Assembly (NCBI GenBank): GCA_963707985.1
Contig: CAVPRW010000031.1
Location: forward strand, 384,001-448,000
DNA from: an uncultured Nitrospinota bacterium
Lineage (GTDB): Bacteria > Tectomicrobia > Entotheonellia > J063 > CAVPRW01
Length of the DNA stretch: 64,000 nt
Direction of reading: 5' to 3'
Within the stretch, counting starts at the first letter, position 1; each line of letters opens with the position of its first letter. Below are positions 30,810 to 39,600 of this stretch, piece after piece. The notes under the pieces are model-generated. The model saw nothing but the letters and a program-made list of their open reading frames with translations. It made no database searches and was not told where the DNA came from. A program made the translations under genes and the position numbers.

Positions 30810-32397
30810 TCAGTTGTTCGGCACCGGGAGGCTCTCCAACTCCTTCAAGCGCTTCAGGGCTTGCATGCGCCTGGAGGGAGTTGTAGTTGATGCCCGCGGC
30901 GTTCAGGCTGCTGCCCTGCTGGAAGGGATATTCCGGCAGGGTCGTGAGGAACTCTTTGAGCTTCTGCTGCACCGGCACGAAGAGCCAGATGTTGTCCGCG
31001 TACCAGCGGATGTACATCCCGGACTCGTGCGGCGCCTTCTCGAACGGGTCGGCCCGCAGGTTGATGATCACCGGCCAGCCGGGCACCTGCCGGACGGCCG
31101 TGGCGATATTGCCTTCGGTGATGGCGAAGTGGACTTTCCAGTCGTTCCAGCGGACGGCGTTCAGCTCGCCGCCCTGGCCGAAGTAGTAGATTTCCTCGCG
31201 CGGGCCTTTGCTGATCTCGCCCTTGAAGTACGGCAGGAAGTTGTAGCCATCGGGATGCACCTTGAAGGTCTTACCGTTGGCCTGGTAACCCTGCTTCAGC
31301 TTGGCGACGATGTTGGGTTCGCCCGCCGCGGCGAGCAACGTGGGCATCCAGTCTTCCTGCGACATGATGTCGTTGATGATGGTCCCCGGCTTGATCACCC
31401 CCGGCCAGCGCACCACGCAGGGCACGCGGAAGCCGCCCTCCCAGGTCGTGCCCTTCTCGCTGTGGTACGGCGTGGTGCCACCGTCCGGCCAGGTCACCGT
31501 CTCGGCGCCGTTGTCGGTGCCGTAGATCACGATGGTGTTGTCGGCGATGCCCATATCGTCGAGCTTCTTGAGCATGTCGCCGACCATCTTGTCGTGCTCC
31601 ACCATGCCGTCGGGGTAGAGACCGATGCCGGTGACCCCCTCCGCCTGCTTGCTCAGGTGCGTCCACACGTGCATGCGCGTGGTGTTGAACCAGACGAAGA
31701 AGGGCGTGTCCGCCTGGTGTGCACGGTCGATGAAGGCGGTCGCCGCGGCAAAGAACTCCTGATCGGCGGTCGGCATCCGCGCCCGGGTCAGCGGGCCGGT
31801 GTCTTCGATCTTCTGCCCGCCCTTGCCGTCACTCCACGTGTGCAGCACGCCGCGCGGCCCGAACTTCTTCCTGAATTCGGGATCCTTCGGGTAGTAGTAG
31901 GTCTCGGGCTCCTCCTCGGCATTGAGGTGGTAGAGATTGCCGAGGAACTCGTCGAACCCGTGCACGGTCGGCAAGTGCTGGTCGCGGTCGCCCAGGTGGT
32001 TCTTGCCGAACTGGCCGGTGGTGTAGCCCTGCGCCTTGAGCAGGTCGGCGATCGTCGGCGACCAGTCGGGGATGCCTTGCGGCGAACCCGGCATGCCGAT
32101 GGTCAGCAACCCCGTGCGGAACGGCTGCTGACCGAGGATGAAGGAGGCGCGGCCGGCGGTGCAACTCTGCTGGGCGTAGAAGTCGGTGAACAGCGCGCCT
32201 TCCTTGGCGAGGCGATCGATGTTGGGCGTCTGGTAGCCCATCACACCGAGGTTGTAGGCGCTGATGTTGTGGATGCCGATGTCGTCGCCCCAAATGACGA
32301 GGATGTTCGGTTTCTTCTCCGCGGCCTGGGTGAGCGCCGGCACCCACAGGGCGGCGGCACACATGCAGGCGAGGACTTTCGTGAGTGTGCTCATCAT
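30810..32397 (-). CDS. Arylsulfatase (frameshift near the C-terminus, ~30870)
   Basis: KPNILVIWGDDIG, SCTAGR, GKNHLGD, TDNG, EGGFRVP, NLRADPFE. Confidence 0.92.
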
Positions 32398-32479
32398 GGT
32401 ATGTCTCCCGGTATCATCACCGCTCCTGGCTGCTCTGTCGGCCTCACCCTGAAGCCAACTCCTACTGGACTGGTTGCCC

Positions 32480-33507
32480 CTACTCGAAGGCGAAGATGCG
32501 CTTCCAGTCGTTCTTCATGCTGATGACGACCCAGCCCTGCTTCTTCGCCTCGTCGTACAGCGCCTGGGTGAAGGTGCCGACCTTGGTGGCAGGCAGCCCC
32601 TGGGCTGGACCGTACGCATACTCGCGCGTGGCATCGTCGTGCAGCACCAGCATGGACAGGCGCGCGCCGTCGCCGGCTTTGGTGTATTCGAGCATCTGCC
32701 GGTCGCCGGTGGAGTTGCCGAACGCGGCATAGGGCCGGCGGCCGATCATCAGATGAATGCCCTCGGGCTTGCCGGCGTTGTTGTCGTTCAGGATCAGCTT
32801 CGGTTCCTTGGTCAGGAACGGCTTGCCGTTCTTGGCATAGCCATACTTCGTCCCGCCGGCGCTGCCGACCACCTGCTCCGGCGGGATGCCGTAGGTCTGC
32901 TCGGCAGTACACGCGCACGAAGTCCTGGCCGCCACCGGTGACGATGTAGGTCTTGTAGCCGTTGGCGCGCAGATACTTCAGCACCTCCTGCATCGGCAGG
33001 TAGGTGAGCTCGGTGTAGGGCCGCTTCCAGCGTGGATCCTTGGCCATCGCGAGCCACTTCTTCGCTTCGGCGTTGAACTCGTCCACGCTCATGCCGGTCA
33101 GGGTAGCGGCGAGGATCTTCTCAAGGTCTTTCATCGAGAGCTTCGCCATCGCCTCGCGGTTGCCGGACAGCACGGTCTTGAAGGGTTCGACCTTGGCGAG
33201 CTCTGGCTTCGCCTTGACCACCGCCGGCACCCGCTCCAGGCAGTACATCACCTGCGAGTACATCGGGTGCTCGACCCACAGCGTGCCATCCTGGTCGAAG
33301 GTGGCGATCCGTGCCTCGGGCGGCACGAACGTTGGGCTTGACTGGTCGGTGGTCGCCTGCACGAAGTCGACGATCGCCTGCTTGGCGGGCCCGTCGTTCC
33401 ACGAGGGCAGCGGGTCAGTCTGCGCTAACGCCTGTGCGCTGATGGCCAGCACAGCGACGAGCGTCGAGTAAGTGCCAACATCGGTGACGACGTGCTGCGA
33501 ATCTCAT
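32480..33507 (-). CDS. Exported HAD-family hydrolase (frameshifted ~32910 and near the N-terminus)
   Basis: DPLPSWNDG, FDQDGTLW.E.P, IVTGGG, AFGNSTGDRQML, HDDA.REYAY, ISMKNDW. Confidence 0.88.
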
Positions 33508-33554
33508 GGCAACCTCCTTGTTCGATGGGTGGATAGAGATAGTACCCCGCCGCC

Positions 33555-34082
33555 CTACTGCATCCTCACGAAGACCACGTCGAAGCGCTGCTGCAGGGCC
33601 GCTTGGAAATAGATGCCCGCGAGCTGGTCGCGCTGCGGATCATAGGTCAGCGTGTACGTGCTGCCGGGGTAGCCGGGGGCGCGGAGCTCGACGAACACGT
33701 TCAACGTCGAGCCGTCGCGTGTGGCTTCGGCCCTGGCGACGGTGATCGGCCGGGGATTGAGATACACCGCATCGATCTTGCCGCGGGCATCGACGTCCCG
33801 GATGTCGAGGATATAGCCGCCGTCGGGCCGGAGCCAGCGGCCGCTCAGCGCCCGAAAGCCAGACTCGGCCGAATCGGCAGTCGCTGCCAGGGAACTCCTC
33901 GGTGCAGGCGCGGATGGCAGGGGCAAGCCCATGCCTCCTGGCTGTCGTCCTCGAAGCAGGACGAAGGTGGCGACGATCCCCACCGCCAGGACAAGCGTCA
34001 CGGTGAGGACAGGCACGCGTCGCACCCCCGACTTGGTGGGAGGTTTGCGGCTTGACGGCTGCTTGCGTTTGAGTTTGGTCAT
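33555..34082 (-). CDS. Hypothetical membrane-anchored protein
   Basis: One TM; GRWLRPDGGY...YLNP...YPGSTYTL...L.G.YFQA. Confidence 0.7.
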   Translation of the reverse strand: MTKLKRKQPSSRKPPTKSGVRRVPVLTVTLVLAVGIVATFVLLRGRQPGGMGLPLPSAPAPRSSLAATADSAESGFRALSGRWLRPDGGYILDIRDVDARGKIDAVYLNPRPITVARAEATRDGSTLNVFVELRAPGYPGSTYTLTYDPQRDQLAGIYFQAALQQRFDVVFVRMQ

Positions 34083-34105
34083 GGTCCCCTTCAAGTCCCT
34101 CACAA

Positions 34106-34255
34106 GGGTAGGTTTTTTCAGACACGACACTGACCCTGGGGCTTTTCTCCCTCTCCCACCGGGAGAGGGCGGGGGTGAGGGGGTCTTAGGCGATGGCACT
34201 ATCCTTCCCTCACCCTAACCCTCTCCCAGAGGGAGAGGGGATGAAAAACCTACCC
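34106..34255. repeat. REP-like inverted pair inside an outer inverted repeat
   Basis: CCCTCTCCCACCGGGAGAGGGCGGGGGTGAGGG and CCCTCACCCTAACCCTCTCCCAGAGGGAGAGGG, enclosed by GGGTAGGTTTTTTCA (34106-34120) and TGAAAAACCTACCC (34242-34255). Confidence 0.8.
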
Positions 34256-34470
34256 CAGAGAGCCCTCAAATCCTCCTCCAGGTGATGATCGCGACGAAGC
34301 TGCCACCGCCGCCGACATCGCTGAACATTTCAGGGTACCCTCAGTCACGACACCCACTGAAAACGGGGGCGGATCGGCGATTCAGCTCACGACTGTCCCG
34401 AGATCGATTGGCGCCCAGGGCCATGATCCAAGGGAATTGTCTCCACCCCCTGCCGAATGGATTATACCGA

Positions 34471-35787
34471 CTAGAAGCGCATCTGGACGCGTAACCCGGT
34501 CAGGAAGGCGGTGGTGGCACGTTTGCCCGCCGGTTCGATGACCTGGATATCCGGGGTCACAAAGAGCCAGTTGGTCGCCGCGATGTTGTAAAAGACTTCC
34601 AGCCCGATCTCGTCGCCCGAGAGGATGATCTCCGGCAGGTGGTTGCTGAAGTTGGTGTAGTAGAAGCCGATGCCATAGCGGTCCAGATCCCGCCCGGGGA
34701 GCATGCCCTGACCCGCGATCCCGAAGCTGTAGAACTGCTCGAGGATGTTGGTGTTCGGATCCCCAAGGCCAATCCGGCCAAAGATGCCGATGCCTTGTGA
34801 CCCATCTGCGCTGTGTCGTATACAGGAACTGATCGAAGTTATAGTAGGCGGCCCAGGAGCCTGACGTGCTCACGAATCTGCACCTCACTGCGGACGTCGC
34901 TGAGCGGGATCTCCCCGCGGATGATACTGCCGACCGGGATCGCCTCGCGCGGATCTTGCGCCAGGGACGTGAACGTTTGGCTGCTCCAGATGCCGCCGAT
35001 CAACTGATGCCCGGGCAGGCCGAAGGGTTTGATGCCCACCCGGAGCTCCGCGTCCAACACGACCCCCTCCTCGAACAGGGTATTGAAGCCTGCGCTATTG
35101 GCGGTCCCCCCCGGGCTCGCGGCGGTAAACGTGAACTGCGATCGACGTCGGTGGGGAGCACGATCAAGCCGGCGCCCAACGTCGAATACGGGAAGGTATT
35201 GAAGAGCACCGGGTTCGGTCCGAAGCCGGTATTCATGAATTGCGTCTTCCACTCGTGGGCAAAGGCATTCATATCGCCGCCGAAGGTGTCGAGCTTGCCC
35301 AGGTAGATGCCGAACCACTTGGCCAGAAATTGGGTGAAGACGACGCTGGTGAGCGTGGTCGTCTCATCGAACGGCATGGGGTAGAGGGCCGCGGCGTTGG
35401 GGGGAAGCAGCGCCCCGGTGTGTTTCCCCTGCAGGTACGAGCCAAATTGGCTTTCCCCCATGATATGGAGAAAGCCGCCCGGCCACAGGCCCAGCTTGCC
35501 GGTATCGACGTTGAGACGTACTCGGCGTGCCCGCCATAGGGATAGCGGATGCTGTCGTGATTCCGGAACGATCCGCCGCTATTGAGGCCCAGCACGCCTT
35601 GCACGAGGTCGACATCGAGGTTGATGCCGCGTTTCGCCATCGTGTTGCGGAAGCCGCCCCAATCGCCGGTGAGGGCTGGTCGGGACCACAGATCACCGCT
35701 GTAATCCTCGATTTGCGGGAGCTGGGCCCACGCCACGCTGCCCACCCATACGCCGATGACACACACATACACCCACAGCTGCTTCAT
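34471..35787 (-). pseudogene. oprB: OprB-family porin, copy 2 (at least three frameshifts)
   Basis: LTGDWGG.R..MA.RG, GKLD, PYSTLG, GLPGHQ, YNFDQ, PGRDLD.YGIG, TPDIQVI...F spread over four ORFs. Confidence 0.8.
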
Positions 35788-35901
35788 GGTCCCTCCTCCG
35801 TTAGCCCTTCTCCAGTCAGCATGCGCTCAAGCGCCCCTCAATGTTGCCCTCGGCGCCAGAGTCCACACCCCAACGATGCTCGGCGTGGCTGGCCCAGTGG
35901 C

Positions 35902-37209
35902 CTAGCGTTGCCAGGGGGGCAGCACATTCTGGTGGATCGTCCAGCCGAGCGCGGCGAACTGGCGCTGGGCCTCTGGCGACATGCGCCCGGTGATCCAGAG
36001 GCTCCCTGAGGTTCCCTGCAGATCCGGCCGCCCGGCGAAGCCCGCCACCCGCTCGGTCCAGGCCACATAATCCACGGCTGCGGGGACGAGCGGTGCGCCA
36101 CCCGGGGTCCACCCGATCACCGTGCCACTCGCCCCCACCTGGGCGAGTGGTGCCCCCGTCTGCTGTTGCGCCGCCAGCATCTCTAGCGCGTTGGCCAGGA
36201 AGCGCGCCTGGTCCTCTGTGGTCGCGGTCGCCGCCAGCGCCACCACCGCCGGGCGCCCGTTGACGCCCGACAGGCGATCGAGCGCCGTCACCAGCGACGT
36301 CAGCACGCTCAACGAATACCAGGGGTTCTTCATGAGCGCCTGGGTATCCGGCTCGCTCGCACCCATATTGGTGAGCTGCTGCTGGTTACGGACGATGAGG
36401 TCGGCGGCCGGCGTGTCATAGATCAGGCTATTGGTGAACGTGGTCGCCGAGATGGCGATCGAGGCGGGCACGAACACACTGATGAGGGTGTTGACCCCGA
36501 CCCGCCCGGAGAAGGCCACCCACGCCATGTCGTTGAGCTTCTTCGCCAGCACCGGGTTGGTGGTATAGGGGTCCACCCCGAGGCTCTTGGCCAGCGCCCG
36601 ACGTTCCGCTTCGTAGCCGAACACATTGGCGGTGAGGCCCCCCACACGCCGGGCGATGAGCTCGGCCTGATCGGTGCTGCTCGGTGCCGGCGCCGACACG
36701 GCCGTATCGAGCTGCTGGGCGCCGAGCTCGACGCGACCAAAGAAGCGCTCGATTCCCCCGGACAGCCCTTGGGCCGTCTGAACAGGGTTCTCCAGTATGT
36801 TGGCCATGGACTCCACTGGGCGTGCCACGGCGTTGGCCGCGGCCTGCAGGAACACGTCACTCTTACTCATGCGCTCGATCTGGGCAATGGCCTGCAGCTC
36901 GCCCACCCGAATGCGCAGCATCTCCCGCCCATGCGCCTCGAAGGTGCCGACATCGGCGCGGATCGTGAAGTGCCCGAGCATCCCCACGATGGGCACCTGG
37001 GGATCGACCGTAAACGCTGGCCCCTGGAGCAGATAGGGAGGTGCCAGCTCAGTCGCCGGGAGGACTGGTGGCGTTTCGAAGCCCGATTGGGCGTGGACGA
37101 CCGGGCCCCGCCCGCCACCCCACCAGAGCATCGCTGCGGCCAGCGCCAGCGCGGCAGCCAAGCCCCAGCCCCGAACCTGTGTTCTGCCATTGAATGTTGT
37201 CGCCCTCAT
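35902..37209 (-). CDS. Exported hypothetical protein (435 aa)
   Basis: Signal peptide, long open frame, R.LA..LGVDPYTTNP.L motif. Confidence 0.75.
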   Translation of the reverse strand: MRATTFNGRTQVRGWGLAAALALAAAMLWWGGGRGPVVHAQSGFETPPVLPATELAPPYLLQGPAFTVDPQVPIVGMLGHFTIRADVGTFEAHGREMLRIRVGELQAIAQIERMSKSDVFLQAAANAVARPVESMANILENPVQTAQGLSGGIERFFGRVELGAQQLDTAVSAPAPSSTDQAELIARRVGGLTANVFGYEAERRALAKSLGVDPYTTNPVLAKKLNDMAWVAFSGRVGVNTLISVFVPASIAISATTFTNSLIYDTPAADLIVRNQQQLTNMGASEPDTQALMKNPWYSLSVLTSLVTALDRLSGVNGRPAVVALAATATTEDQARFLANALEMLAAQQQTGAPLAQVGASGTVIGWTPGGAPLVPAAVDYVAWTERVAGFAGRPDLQGTSGSLWITGRMSPEAQRQFAALGWTIHQNVLPPWQR

Positions 37210-37258
37210 GTGCGTGTCTCCCGTGGATCATCGGTGATGCTGATAGGCGGGGGTGCCA

Positions 37259-37973
37259 CTAACTGCGCGGGGCGGCAGGCAGCACTGGCACCTGGTCGGT
37301 TTGATAGACGGCGATGATGCGCACATTCTGATAACGCTGATCTACCGTCAGAGACGCCCCCTTCGGGCTTAACATGTCACCCAGGCCGTAGACCTTGATA
37401 GTATTTGTGTGGCACATTCACCAGGTACTGGTCGATGATCGGCTCGGGCGCCTGGGAGCGCTCCCGGCTCAGGCGTTCATTGGTCTGCAGGCTCCCGGTG
37501 GCGGAGGCGCTGCCGATCAACACGAAGAGCACCTCACGGCCCCGGCTGTCGCGGGAGATATAATCGAGAAAGTTAATGAGCCGCTGCCCTTGCTCTGAGT
37601 TCTGTCGGAGCTCGGCCGAGCCGGTGGGGAAGAACAGGGTGATCTGGCCGGTGCCCTGCTCATTGGAGAGCTGCTCGATCATGGAGAGGGCTTGTTGCGA
37701 GGTTTGTAAGTTTTTGCTTTCCGTGCCCTGCAGCTGCTGGTAATCCCGCATATTATTGTTGTTGGAGTCGACGACGATCTGCGCCAGCTCGCTGGCCTGG
37801 CGGCCTGAGGCCCCGCCGAAGGTCGTCCCATTCGGGAAGGTGACCGACTGTGGCGCTTGCGGTTGGGGGCCCTGCTGGGGGCTCTGCATGCTAAGTTGCT
37901 CAGTCTGACCGGCGCAACCGGCCAGCATTCCTGCGACGACGAGACCCAGGATTCCCGAGACGATGCTTTTCAT
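37259..37973 (-). CDS. Lipoprotein with an OmpA-like C-terminal domain (frameshift ~37395)
   Basis: Lipobox LAGC; LFF.TGSA.L, IGSAS.TG...NERLS.ERS; tail YQNVRIIAVY in the shifted frame. Confidence 0.7.
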
Positions 37974-38049
37974 AAATCTCTCCTTTCCTCTCACCGTGGA
38001 ACACTCCAGCGATGGGTGGACCATGCGTCCACCCACTTCGGCCCTGCAC

Positions 38050-38330
38050 GACAGTTGCAGGTCGGCAAACAGTGTGTCACGCTCGGCGTCGATATCCGGC
38101 GCCGTATGATGCGTGGTTTGGCCGGTGGTGTAGCTCAGGCCAACCCGCGCATCGAACATGGCCGCCCCCACCCACACGCGGCGACCATCCGGATCGCACC
38201 CAACCGTACCATCGTAGCATCGTGTAGAACATCGGGCTTTAGACCCATGGTGATAGGACGTTCGTCCCATTCCCTGGGGACGTGGGCTGCCGTGCGCTGG
38301 GCCAGAGCCGCCCACCGTACGCAGGGATGG
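38050..38330 (-). pseudogene. LssY C-terminal-like fragment
   Basis: GR.VWVGAA.FD..VGLS.TTGQ.THH.APDIDAERD.L..DL. Confidence 0.65.
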
Positions 38331-38340
38331 ACGGTCATCG

Positions 38341-38848
38341 TTAAAAATTTTTCAAGGTGACGGTGAAATTCTTTCTTGAGCAGGCGCACATCGAAATAGC
38401 CCGTCATGCCTAAGCTCCCAGACACAAACCGCCCGGTGATGCGCACGATGACACCGTTCTCGTTCTGGTACACGCGACTGCGTTCAGAGCCTCCCATGGC
38501 GCTCGTCACCTCCGGCGTCGCCTCGGTATACGTCCCAGCGAAGTCGGGGATATGCTCCAGGTGGTAGACATTGCCATACAGGGTCACCTGCTGGCCGCTG
38601 GCGGCAAAGCGATCGTTCCACTCGTTGAGCGTGAGCGCCTCCACCCGAAACTTATAGTCCATGAAATTGTCGGCGAGTCGGCCGTCGGCCCAACTCATCC
38701 CCATCCCTTGGGAGATCGACGTCGTCGTCACCTGAAAGCGCGCATCCGGCTTCGGCCCGGTGGCCTCGGGCGCGGCCGACTGCGGCGGCGTGGCACAGCC
38801 CGCCACGCACATGAGGGTCAACACGGCCATGAGTAGGCTTATTCGCAT
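38341..38848 (-). CDS. Uncharacterised lipoprotein, copy 2 (frameshift ~38365)
   Basis: Colinear with 7601-8107; the matching C-terminus TVTLKNF* is in the shifted frame. Confidence 0.75.
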
Positions 38849-38885
38849 CGCATCCTCCTATCGTCGTCCATCGGGTTCACTCCTG

Positions 38886-39130
38886 TCATCCTGCACGAGG
38901 GTCCAACACCGTTCTGATGGGCTCGCCTGTGAGGGACCACCAGCATCTCGAAATTGCCCCCTGCGCCGGGGGCTTCAAGCCGATCAGATGGCGCAGCAGG
39001 GTGCTCTTGCCGCAGCCACTGCCGCCCATGATGATGAAGATGTCGCCGCGCTGAATGGTGAAGGTGAGGTCATGCTGGATGACAAGACTCCCATAGGCCA
39101 TGGTCAGGTTCTTGATGGTGATATGGGGGT
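38886..39130 (-). pseudogene. N-terminal fragment of an MlaF-like ABC ATPase
   Basis: LTMAYG..VIQHDLTF.I.RG.IF.IMGGSGCGKSTLLRHLIGL, then truncated. Confidence 0.8.
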
Positions 39131-39208
39131 CTGCCTTTCGCAGACCCGCGTGTGAGTCCTAACCGATTGCTATAACGGCGCCATGTCAGGCACACGCTCG
39201 TGGCGCGC

Positions 39209-39415
39209 TCACGGCGAGTCCGATTGTGCTTGCACATCGTCCAGCACGCCGACCATGAATCCCAGCAACTCCTCCAGCGAGTGAAAGCGCGCCACCTGGC
39301 CCGAGACCAAATGCTCCACGCGGCCGTCATAGGACGACGATGTCCCGGTGGGCTGGGCACGAAATTGCACCACAAAGACCCGATTGGTTGGGAGAGACGG
39401 TTGGGACTGTGGCAC
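39209..39415 (-). CDS. Small hypothetical protein divergent from the STAND regulator
   Basis: GTG start after a G-rich SD; FVVQF...GRVEHL.SG...RF.SLEELL.F. Confidence 0.7.
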   Translation of the reverse strand: MPQSQPSLPTNRVFVVQFRAQPTGTSSSYDGRVEHLVSGQVARFHSLEELLGFMVGVLDDVQAQSDSP

Positions 39416-39600
39416 GCTCGCCCCCTGCCACGCCACGTCGGTGCATGGCCCTTTCAAGTTGTCCTTTTCATGACAGCAATATAGAATGGGCTGACCGTTC
39501 AGGGACACAGACAAAGTGTTAAATTATGGTGCAGAGACACCCCCCAAGCGTCAACATACTGTTCAAATACCGTTCAAGCTGAGCGCAGAGGAGCCTCCCC

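Noticed and set aside
28400..32523. Long plus-strand ORFs (570 and 618 aa)
   Set aside because: Antisense to the sulfatases; expected from high-GC codon bias.
37377..38315. 312-aa ORF as one protein
   Set aside because: Chance in-frame join of an LssY fragment and a separate lipoprotein starting at 37973 with its own SD.
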